From assembly GCA_038230375.1 (NCBI GenBank), contig JBBRNJ010000121.1, positions 1 through 20,162 of the forward strand: a DNA stretch of 20,162 bases, in the 5' to 3' direction. Below are positions 7,974-15,787 of this stretch, one piece after another (the first letter of the stretch is position 1; every line of letters begins with the position of its first letter). The translations under genes were made by a program, and so were the position numbers. The notes below the pieces were generated by a model that worked only from the letters and a program-made list of their open reading frames with translations, did no database searches and was not told the origin of the DNA. This DNA comes from Polyangiales bacterium. GTDB taxonomy: Bacteria > Myxococcota_A > Polyangia > Polyangiales > Polyangiaceae.

Positions 7974-9458
7974 GTGCGAAAGGGTCATTTTGCCCTGGTT
8001 TTCCTCTGCTTGACGGTCGCGCGTTCGGCTGCGGCGCAGGTCGCGCCCACGTCGCCCGACGCGATCACCGTCAGCGACGTGAAGCTCACGCCCGCAGTCG
8101 AGATCCGCACCCGTGGCGAGTACCGTCGTGACTCACCGGAGCTCGGTGGCATTGACGGAGGCCTTGCCAATGCCGGTCGCGACGTGGGTCGCGTCCGCGA
8201 CGCATGGGGCATCTTCGAGCGCGCGCGCGTGGGTGTGACCGCGGAGCGCGACGTGCTGGTTGCCAAGTTCACGCTGCAGGACGCTCGCGCCTGGGGTGTT
8301 CCGTTTCCGTCGGGCTCGCTCGTGCCACCGTCCAGCTCGCAGGCAGGTACGCTCGGCGCGCACGAGGCCTACATCGAGATCCGTGGGAGCGGCGCGAAGG
8401 CGTCGTACCTCCGGCTCGGTCGCCAGACGATCACGTGGGGTGATGGCTCGCTCATCGGCGCGGCCGACTGGTCGGCGCGCGGGCGCTCGTTCGACGCAGC
8501 GCGCGGCCGCACGTCGCTCGGTGTGTTCGGCGCGGAGGCGTTCGCCGCCATCCTGGAGCCGTCCGCGCCGCTCGGCCCGTCCGCGAACGAGTCGGGCGGC
8601 CTCACGCACTCGGGCGTCACGCTCTACGGCCTCAAGCTGGATGCGGCCGTCGCGCCCATCTTCAAGCTAGAGGTGCACGGCCTTGCGAAGATCGCCCGCA
8701 GCGACGGCAGCGAGCTCGACGGCAGCCGCTTCCAGGCCGCGCGCGCATCAGGCGAGCTCTACGCCGCCGGCCTCCGCGCGTTCGGTGAGTCCTCCGGCTG
8801 GTCGTACAGCGCAGAGGGAACGTACGAGGTCGGCACCGCATCCGCGCTCGCATCGTCTGACGTCGCGATCAACGCGTACGCGGCGCATGGTCGCATTCGC
8901 AAGCGCCTCGAGGACACGCCCTGGACGCCCACGCTGGGCCTTGGCTTCGCATACGCCTCCGGCGACGACGGGTCGGGCACCTACAAGCAGTTCGATCCGC
9001 TCTTCGCGGACCCGCATCAGTACGGTGTGGGCGACGTGTTCTCGCTCTCCAACCATGTGGAGGGCAGCGCGTACGTGAGCGCCGTGCCCATGACGGATGT
9101 CACGCTCGCGGCCGAGTACCGCTACGCGCGCCTCGAGACCGAGAACGGCGAGTGGCTCAACGGCTATCTCGGCCCCATCGGCACCATCACAGGCCGATCG
9201 CCCACCATCGTGGTCGGCGGCACCAACCTGAGCACGCCGACCCTGGACAAGGAGCTCGGACACGAGATGTCGCTCGTTGCCTCCGCGCGTCCGTGGCGCG
9301 GGCTCATGGTCTCCGCGGGCTACGACTTCTTCCTCTACGGCGACGGCGCGCGCACGGTGATGGCCGCCTACCACCGTGGCTTCGCGAACGGCAACGGCTA
9401 CGCGCCATCCGCCTTCGGGCAGTTCGCCTACCTCTCGGCCACACTCCAGCTTCCTTGA
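7974..9458 (+). CDS. Alginate-export (AlgE-like) family outer-membrane beta-barrel protein
   Basis: Signal peptide ending SAAA-Q; motifs RLGRQ.I.WG.G.LIG...W....RSFDA, YASGD...FDPLF...H and LG.E; amphipathic beta-strand pattern. GTG 7974 is preferred over 7932 (extended -10 at 7958-7966). Confidence 0.8.
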   Translation: MRKGHFALVFLCLTVARSAAAQVAPTSPDAITVSDVKLTPAVEIRTRGEYRRDSPELGGIDGGLANAGRDVGRVRDAWGIFERARVGVTAERDVLVAKFTLQDARAWGVPFPSGSLVPPSSSQAGTLGAHEAYIEIRGSGAKASYLRLGRQTITWGDGSLIGAADWSARGRSFDAARGRTSLGVFGAEAFAAILEPSAPLGPSANESGGLTHSGVTLYGLKLDAAVAPIFKLEVHGLAKIARSDGSELDGSRFQAARASGELYAAGLRAFGESSGWSYSAEGTYEVGTASALASSDVAINAYAAHGRIRKRLEDTPWTPTLGLGFAYASGDDGSGTYKQFDPLFADPHQYGVGDVFSLSNHVEGSAYVSAVPMTDVTLAAEYRYARLETENGEWLNGYLGPIGTITGRSPTIVVGGTNLSTPTLDKELGHEMSLVASARPWRGLMVSAGYDFFLYGDGARTVMAAYHRGFANGNGYAPSAFGQFAYLSATLQLP

Positions 9459-9462
9459 AGAG

Positions 9463-10086
9463 CTAATTGGTCCAGGCGCGGCGCGGGCCCACGTCGGCGT
9501 GCACGAACCAGTCGCCCTCCATCGGGTAGACGCCAACGCCGCCATCCCAGCCCATGGCGCGCAGCTCGCTCTCCACGTCGCGCGGGTTCTGACCCTTCGA
9601 GTCCCCCGCGAGCACCAGGCGGAAGTCCACGGCGTGCCCGAGCGAGTGCTGACTGTGCGACGCCACGTGGTGGCCCTTCTTGCGCATCATCTCGTTCAGC
9701 TTCTTCGAGCGGTAGCCGCTCACGAGCTCGAAGCGGGCACCGGGATGCCGTGCCGAGAGTGAGCGGAGCAACGCGAGCAGCCGCGGGTCTAGCTCCTGCG
9801 CCTGCCCCGTGACCCGGTCGGCAAGCAGGCCCGAGAAGCGCGCTTCCGTGGGGCTGCGGCCATCAAGGATGACGTGCTCACCCGTGTGGGTCTGTACGAG
9901 CGTCGCCGCGACCGCCAAGCTGGCGTCCAACCTGGCATCGTCGGACGTGGCATCGACACCCGAGACCACATCCGGGGCCTTTTTCTCGAGCAATCGCTCC
10001 CCGTGGGGCAAGGGTGCATCCAATCCGGTCGCCGTGGTCGAAGACAGGAGGAGGAGCACCCCAAGGATGGTCCCGAGCTTGGTCAC
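9463..10086 (-). CDS. YcbK/DUF882-like M15 family Zn peptidase (peptidoglycan endopeptidase, MepK-like)
   Basis: Signal peptide, LDPRLL, SGYRS, H-x6-D (HSLGHAVD) and FVHADVG. Confidence 0.88.
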   Translation of the reverse strand: MTKLGTILGVLLLLSSTTATGLDAPLPHGERLLEKKAPDVVSGVDATSDDARLDASLAVAATLVQTHTGEHVILDGRSPTEARFSGLLADRVTGQAQELDPRLLALLRSLSARHPGARFELVSGYRSKKLNEMMRKKGHHVASHSQHSLGHAVDFRLVLAGDSKGQNPRDVESELRAMGWDGGVGVYPMEGDWFVHADVGPRRAWTN

Positions 10087-10182
10087 ATGGTCACCACGGA
10101 TAACCTGGCATCGAAACGCGCGCTTGACCAGCGTCTCGTCTTCGGAAAGCCTGTGGTCGACGTGACTTCTGAGTCAACGAAG

Positions 10183-10794
10183 ATGGGTGGGGAGGAGCCC
10201 TCCGATGTGGAGCTCCTAGGCCGCATCCAGGCGGGCGACCATCGCGCGGTCGGCGATCTCTATGATCGCTATGCGTCCATGCTCTTTCCGCTGAGCCTGC
10301 GCATCGTTCGCGATCGCGGCGAGGCCGAGGACATCCTCCACGACGCGTTCGTCACAGTGTCGGAGCGCGCGGCGCAGTACGTGCCCGAGCGCGGCGCCGT
10401 GGTGGCGTGGCTCGTGACCCTGGTCCGTAACCTTTCCATCGACCGCACGCGTCGCCGCGACCGTCGCGGGGCGATCGCGCGCGACGTGCTCGCCCACGAT
10501 CCCGAAGTGAGGGTGAGCTCGCCCGAGGAGCTCACGTCCGACGCCGCGGAGCGCCATTCGATCCGCGCGGCGCTCGCCACTCTTCCCGAGGTGCAGCAGA
10601 AGACCCTGCTCCTCGCGTTCTTCGAGGGCAAGAGCTATCCGGAGATCGCCGAGGCAGAAGGCGTGCCCCTTGGAACGATCAAGTCTCGCGCGGCGCGGGC
10701 GCTGGCGGCGCTGCGTGCGGCGCTCGAGGCCGCAGGCGTGGATCTGGCGGAGGCGCTCAGCGGTAAGAGCGGCGCGGTCAAAGGAAAGACATGA
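10183..10794 (+). CDS. ECF-family RNA polymerase sigma factor (SigK-like)
   Basis: Region 2 (LYDRY...EAEDILHDAF...WLVTLVRNLSID) and region 4 (LPE.Q...LLAFFEGKSYPEIA...PLGTIKSR). Start is ATG 10183 or GTG 10162; the ORF-track start at 9874 overlaps the M15 gene. Confidence 0.93.
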   Translation: MGGEEPSDVELLGRIQAGDHRAVGDLYDRYASMLFPLSLRIVRDRGEAEDILHDAFVTVSERAAQYVPERGAVVAWLVTLVRNLSIDRTRRRDRRGAIARDVLAHDPEVRVSSPEELTSDAAERHSIRAALATLPEVQQKTLLLAFFEGKSYPEIAEAEGVPLGTIKSRAARALAALRAALEAAGVDLAEALSGKSGAVKGKT

Positions 10795-11639
10795 TCGAGG
10801 TCGACGAGGGGAGCGTCACGGACCGCAAGACCAAGGGACCTGCACTGCACTACGCGCAGGCCATACCGAAGGACGCAAAGGCGGTCCTCGCCGTCCTTCA
10901 CGGCTACGCGGATCACGTCGGTCGTTACATGCACGTCTTTGGCGCGCTGTCGGAGATGGGGATCGGCGCCATCGGCATCGACCTGCGCGGTCACGGCAAG
11001 GCCGGCGGCGAGCGCGGCTACTGCGACAGCTTCACGGAGTTCTACGACGACACCGCGGAGCTGCACCGCCTTGCAAGCGATCGCGCAAAGCAGGCCGGCG
11101 GCGTGCCGCTGTTCCTGTTCGGACACAGCTTCGGCGGGCTGCTCGCGGCCCGCACCATCATCGACGACCCGCGCGACTACAAGGCCGTCATCATCGCCTC
11201 GCCGCTGCTGGGCCTCGCGCTCGAGGTGCCGGCCATCAAGGTGTTCGCGGGCAAGCTCGCATCGAAGATCTATCCGAAGCTCGGTCTGCCGAGCGGCCTC
11301 CACGGCAAGGACATGACCCACGACACCGCACGCGCGAAGGCCTACGACGAAGACCCGCTCGTCTTCGCCGAGGCACGCGCGCGCTGGTTCACGGAGATGC
11401 AGCAGTGCACGCAGGAATGCTTTGATGGCGCGAGCCGCTTCGAGCTCCCGCTCTACATGGCATTCGGCACCAAAGACCCGGTGAACAGCTTCGCCGCAGG
11501 CAAGCGCTTCTTCGAGACCGCGGGCAGCAAAGACAAGACGTTCGACGCGCGCGAGGGCAAGCTCCACGAGCTGCACAACGAGACCGACTGGAAAGATCTC
11601 GTCGAGAAGTACGCGAAGTTCGTCCTCGCGCACGCCTAG
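10791..11639 (+). CDS. Alpha/beta hydrolase, lysophospholipase/monoglyceride lipase type
   Basis: LHGYADH, DLRGHG, nucleophile elbow GHSFGG, acid residue in GTKDPV, and His in HELHNE. Shares an ATGA overlap with the sigma gene. Confidence 0.92.
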   Translation: MIEVDEGSVTDRKTKGPALHYAQAIPKDAKAVLAVLHGYADHVGRYMHVFGALSEMGIGAIGIDLRGHGKAGGERGYCDSFTEFYDDTAELHRLASDRAKQAGGVPLFLFGHSFGGLLAARTIIDDPRDYKAVIIASPLLGLALEVPAIKVFAGKLASKIYPKLGLPSGLHGKDMTHDTARAKAYDEDPLVFAEARARWFTEMQQCTQECFDGASRFELPLYMAFGTKDPVNSFAAGKRFFETAGSKDKTFDAREGKLHELHNETDWKDLVEKYAKFVLAHA

Positions 11640-11692
11640 TTCTACTGCGGGAAGTTGCGTCCAACTCTGTAGTGCTAGGCGCGAGGACGCGC

Positions 11693-11728
11693 AAAAAAAA
11701 AACGGCGCAGTGGAGGACCACCGCGCCG
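11693..11728 (-). terminator. Rho-independent terminator of the Cys-rich lipoprotein gene
   Basis: The minus strand reads CGGCGCGGTGG-TCCT-CCACTGCGCCG followed by T10. Confidence 0.85.
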
Positions 11729-11757
11729 CTCTTCGAGCCAGATGGCTCGCGCTCAGA

Positions 11758-12489
11758 TCACTTGCAGATGCCGAGGTTCTTCGCGTTCGTCGAGAACGCA
11801 ACGCACTTGGACGGGGAGGTGCAATCCGCGTCGCTGCCGCAGACCTTGATTTCGCCGGCACCGCAGGCGGCCTCGCACTTCGTCCCGCCGACGTACTTGC
11901 CCTTCAGGAGCGCGCCGCTCGAGCAGGCGATCGTATCGGGGGCGACTCCAACGGTCTTGCCAGCATCGACCCCGAACGGGCTCGTGAACATGCAGCACAC
12001 GTTGCCAGCAGTCTGGCACTGGGATGCGGTGTCGCACTCCCAAGGAATGAGCGTGTAGTTGGCGGGGGCCGGGGGGCACACCACGGCCGTGCCGGTCATG
12101 CAGGTCGCGGGGGGCTCGGTCGGCGAGGTCGCACCTTGGTAGTCGCAGCACGTCTGTCCCGCGGCGCAGTTGCCGAAGAACTTGGCTGACGCGTCGCCTG
12201 TGCCGCCCTCCTGGAAGGGACAGAATGCGCCTGGTCCGGGCGGGTGAAGGGTGGGGAGCTTGCCGCAGTCGACGCCCGCATCCATGTCCACCACCACGCC
12301 GCTGTCCATGTCGGGGGTGCCGCTGTCGGTTCCGGGGTCGACGCTGCCGTCGCCGTTGCCCGTGGACGCGTCCTTGTTGTCTCCCGGCAACGGAGTGGTT
12401 CCGTTGTCGGTGCCACACGCCACACCGAGCGCGCCTGCGCTCATGATTGCAACACTTCCAAAAATCAAAGCCAGACGGCGATTGAACAT
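11758..12489 (-). CDS. Cysteine-rich lipoprotein of unknown function
   Basis: AGGAGG lies 7 nt before ATG 12489. Lipobox GVA-C, acidic D-[AS]-G linker, then 18 Cys in ~170 aa. Confidence 0.85.
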   Translation of the reverse strand: MFNRRLALIFGSVAIMSAGALGVACGTDNGTTPLPGDNKDASTGNGDGSVDPGTDSGTPDMDSGVVVDMDAGVDCGKLPTLHPPGPGAFCPFQEGGTGDASAKFFGNCAAGQTCCDYQGATSPTEPPATCMTGTAVVCPPAPANYTLIPWECDTASQCQTAGNVCCMFTSPFGVDAGKTVGVAPDTIACSSGALLKGKYVGGTKCEAACGAGEIKVCGSDADCTSPSKCVAFSTNAKNLGICK

Positions 12490-12712
12490 GAGCATTCCTC
12501 CTGCGGACTATAAGTCGGCCATTCGCTTAGCATGAGATATGCGCGGCGTCCGTGACCGGCCCACGAAAACGTGCGTGAAATCCTGCGGGCCGGCGGGTGA
12601 AAATCCATAGCTATCGTGCGGTTGAACGCCATGTCGTCTTTGCGCTGCGTGGCCGGATTTTTTTTCGCGGGACTCGAAACGAGCCACCGCAAAAGACCCG
12701 ACGCGGCCGGGC

Positions 12713-13021
12713 TCAGACCTCGTCAACAGAGCGGATACGGAGGAGGCCGTCGCCGTCCTTGACGATCGCTTGACACGAAAGCCGGTAGCCCGGAGCCTTG
12801 CGGTCGAGCGCGTCGAGCACGTCCAGCTCTTCGTCTGCGGGAGACAGGAGCTGCGCCTCGCCCTCCAGTACCTCGATGCAGCACGTCCCGCAGCTCGCGC
12901 TTCGACACGAGAACGGAATGGGCGCGTTCTTCTCGTCGCAGACGTCCGCCAGCGACCCTCCGTCGGGAAGAAGAACGGTGAGAACGGGGCCCTTCTTCGT
13001 TTCGAAGACGATCTTCGCCAT
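12713..13021 (-). CDS. 2Fe-2S ferredoxin
   Basis: PFSCRSASCGTC...RLSCQ (C-x4-C-x2-C...C); 102 aa. Confidence 0.92.
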   Translation of the reverse strand: MAKIVFETKKGPVLTVLLPDGGSLADVCDEKNAPIPFSCRSASCGTCCIEVLEGEAQLLSPADEELDVLDALDRKAPGYRLSCQAIVKDGDGLLRIRSVDEV

Positions 13022-13029
13022 GGGACGCC

Positions 13030-14316
13030 TTACTTACGAGAGGTCCTCTTCACGAGCAAGAGGAGGTGCTCGGCGCGCGGCCTTTCTTCGAACACGCGCG
13101 CCGTGGGCCCGTGGAAGTGTGGACGCAGCTGCGATGCGCGGGCGGCTGGCGAGAACACGCCGTGCGCCGCCGCGACCTCCGCCACCACGTCGTCCGCGTA
13201 GAGCGCCGTGCTGCGCGTGGCGGAGTCCGCCATGAGGAGCACGAGACGCCCGCCGGGCTTGCCAACACGCGCGCACGCCTCCAGCAGCGCTCCGAGCTCA
13301 TCGCGATAGCGGGCCTCTGCGTCCCGCGCATCGAGCGGCGCATAGTCACGACGCGCGCCCAGCTCCCCCGCCGACAGATCACGCGCGTCCAGACCGAGCC
13401 ACCGCAGGCGCATCTGATGGTGGGCCAGATAATCGTACGTGCCCGCGTACGGCGGCGACGTGATGATCGCGTCAATGGAGGCCTCCGCCACGTCCATGAG
13501 GCGCGTCGCGTCCCCTTGCACGATGCGCGGGCGTTTTACGTCCTGCGGCAAGAGCGCGGAGAAGGCGAGCAGCCGCGCGCCCAGCTCCTTCACCTTCTTC
13601 ACGAACAGCTTCGTTGCGTAGCCGGCCGCGAGCCGCTTCTCGCCCTGTTCGACCGAGGTGTCGCCGCGCCGCTTGCTCACCTTCGTGAGGAGCGCGGACA
13701 GCGAGAGGTAGAGCGCCGGGAGCACGTCGTCCTCGAGCTTTGGCTTCGTGCCCAGCGAGCCGTCGAGGCACGCGCGAATGGAGTCGAGCTCGAGCAGCAC
13801 GTGCGGCGCGAAGCTCTCGACGTCCTCGGCAGGAAAGCGGCGCGATGCACCGGCGCGTGCTTTTCGCCGCACATCGGCCACGTCGGCGACAGCGCCGGCC
13901 GCAGCCACGAAGCGCCCGATCTCCGCCTCGGTGACGGCCGTGGTCTTCAGACGCGCGAGCCTCACCGCGAGCGGGTTCAGATCTACGCCGAGCGCCATGC
14001 GCCCCGCGAGCATCGCCTCCACGAGCACCGTGCCGGAGCCACAGAACGGATCGAGCACGCGCTCACCGGGCTGCGTGAACGCGGTGACCAGACGCGCCGC
14101 CGTCACTGGATGCATGCGTGCGGGGTAGGGGTGAAAGCCATGGACGTGAGCGCGCTCGGGCTCGTCGTCGCGAAGTCCCGCGGGGGCCACGTCGAACGCG
14201 TGCGCAAGCTTGCCTGACAGCGCCGCATCACCGCTGACGTGCGAACGGCCGCCCACGTGCGAGAGCGAGCGCCGCTGCCTGGGCCCTGCCTCCGCGTGCT
14301 TGTCCTCTTCCGTCAC
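13030..14316 (-). CDS. SAM-dependent amino-methyltransferase, alpha-class N4-cytosine/N6-adenine DNA MTase-like
   Basis: FHPYPARM (motif X-like), LDPFCGSGT (motif I) and GVDLNPLA, then a long variable region, then GDA and ITSPPY (motif IV). Confidence 0.82.
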   Translation of the reverse strand: MTEEDKHAEAGPRQRRSLSHVGGRSHVSGDAALSGKLAHAFDVAPAGLRDDEPERAHVHGFHPYPARMHPVTAARLVTAFTQPGERVLDPFCGSGTVLVEAMLAGRMALGVDLNPLAVRLARLKTTAVTEAEIGRFVAAAGAVADVADVRRKARAGASRRFPAEDVESFAPHVLLELDSIRACLDGSLGTKPKLEDDVLPALYLSLSALLTKVSKRRGDTSVEQGEKRLAAGYATKLFVKKVKELGARLLAFSALLPQDVKRPRIVQGDATRLMDVAEASIDAIITSPPYAGTYDYLAHHQMRLRWLGLDARDLSAGELGARRDYAPLDARDAEARYRDELGALLEACARVGKPGGRLVLLMADSATRSTALYADDVVAEVAAAHGVFSPAARASQLRPHFHGPTARVFEERPRAEHLLLLVKRTSRK

Positions 14317-14326
14317 GAAGAAGCCA

Positions 14327-15079
14327 TCACGGACGGACGATGGACGTGCCGGGCGGCGGAGTGAACGTGAAGTGGTTCGGCGGCACGGCCTCGTTCACGC
14401 GCGGGTTCTGGAAGTCGAACCGGTTGCGGTTGCCCTGCGCGTCGAGCACCATCACGCGACGCACCTGCGCGGTCTGCTTGTCGACATAGAAGATCACCTT
14501 CTGGTACGCGGCGGTCGCCTGCTTCGGCGCGCCGACCAGGACGAAGCCGCCGGGGAAGTTCATCTGCTCGCCTTCGAAGAGCTCGAAGTTGAAGTGCTCG
14601 GAGAGCTTGCCGTTCCCCGTGAGGAACGAGAGCGCTGCCGGGTACTGCGACTTGTCGATGCCCTGCTCGTAGAGCTGCTTGTTCGCGGCCTCGTACACGC
14701 GGAGCTGCATGCCGTCGGAGATGACCTTGTTGTCCTTGGGGTCGTCGTAGCTCCAGTGCATCTTGCCCGGCTTGGCGAAGATCACCTTGCCGCGCGAGCT
14801 CTTCTTCTGGTTGTACGCCTTGACCCAGAACTCCTGCGTGAAGTCGCAGTGGTAAGACGTGGTCTTGTCGTAGAAGCCCTGCACCCTGGTGACCAGCGCG
14901 TCCGCGTCTGCCTGCGGCAACGCGTTGAGCTTCACTGCCGCTGCCAGCGCGGGCGCTGCAGCCGGCGCGGCGGGGGCAACGGCCGCAGGTCCGTCGGCGC
15001 GGCTCTCTCCAGCCTGCATCAGGACGAAGGCCGAGAGGAGGAGGGCGGACGCGGACCGAAGGCGAAGGGGTGCGTTCAT
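14327..15079 (-). CDS. lolA: Outer-membrane lipoprotein carrier protein LolA
   Basis: Signal peptide plus Ala/Pro linker; F.Q, GKVIFAKPGKMHWSY, VISDG..L..Y, D.QGN.N.F.F and FTFTPPPGTSIV. Confidence 0.9.
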   Translation of the reverse strand: MNAPLRLRSASALLLSAFVLMQAGESRADGPAAVAPAAPAAAPALAAAVKLNALPQADADALVTRVQGFYDKTTSYHCDFTQEFWVKAYNQKKSSRGKVIFAKPGKMHWSYDDPKDNKVISDGMQLRVYEAANKQLYEQGIDKSQYPAALSFLTGNGKLSEHFNFELFEGEQMNFPGGFVLVGAPKQATAAYQKVIFYVDKQTAQVRRVMVLDAQGNRNRFDFQNPRVNEAVPPNHFTFTPPPGTSIVRP

Positions 15080-15235
15080 GGTTTTCTCGAGAAGAACGAG
15101 GTGAGAAGGCTTTAGCTTACAAGCATCCGTCGTTTCAACCGTTAGACGGGCCAGCCTGTTCCCCGGTGTAACCCTCGGACATTCACAAGAAGGGCGGAAG
15201 TACGGAAGATTTTGGGGGTGGGGTGGGCGATCGGG

Positions 15236-15787
15236 CTATTTCGCCCGCAGGAGGCCCAAGTTACGTGAGGCGGGGCCAAGGAGATGGGTCAGCGCGATGG
15301 CCAGCGCATCCGCCGCGTCCGGTGGCGGCGGCGCCGTCAGGCCCAGGATGCGTTGCACCATCATCGCGACGGCGCCCTTCTCGGAGCGTCCGTGTCCTGT
15401 CACGGTCGCCTTCACGCGTGCGGGCGCGTACTCGAAGATCTGAATGTGGGCGCGCGCGCAACAGAGCAGCGCGACGCCCCGCGCGTGACCCAGCTTCGCC
15501 GCCGCGGAGGCGTCCTTCGCGAAGAAGATGGACTCCACGCTCGCCGCGTCGAGCTCGTGCGCATCTATGACGGCCACCAGCTGCTTCTCGATCAGCACGA
15601 GCCGCTCCCCGAGGGAGAGCTCCTCGTCCACGGCGATCACACCATGTGCAATATGCACGTGTTTCGCGCCGCGCCGCTCGATGATGCCGTAGCCGAGCTT
15701 GCGCGTGCCGGGATCGATCCCTAGGACGCGGAGCAGCGGCGGCCCTTGCCTCTGGGGCGTGAGCGGCGCGCGGAGCACGCCCGACAC
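15236..15787 (-). CDS. ruvC: Holliday junction resolvase RuvC
   Basis: VLGIDPG, VESIF, KLGHARG, EYAP..VK..VTG.G...K and DAADALAIA. The GTG at 15787 overlaps the yebC stop (TAGTG); GTG 15778 is an alternative start. Confidence 0.95.
   Translation of the reverse strand: MSGVLRAPLTPQRQGPPLLRVLGIDPGTRKLGYGIIERRGAKHVHIAHGVIAVDEELSLGERLVLIEKQLVAVIDAHELDAASVESIFFAKDASAAAKLGHARGVALLCCARAHIQIFEYAPARVKATVTGHGRSEKGAVAMMVQRILGLTAPPPPDAADALAIALTHLLGPASRNLGLLRAK

Noticed and set aside
10106..10121. sigma54 promoter TGGCAT... upstream of the ECF gene
   Set aside because: The GG-to-GC spacing is 9 or 11 nt, not the required 10.
9874..10161. Apparent ~100-aa N-terminal extension of the ECF sigma factor
   Set aside because: Overlaps the M15 peptidase gene on the other strand; sigma homology starts only near 10183.
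11693..11702. A10 homopolymer as a phase-variation tract
   Set aside because: Intergenic and fully explained as the U-tail of the minus-strand terminator.
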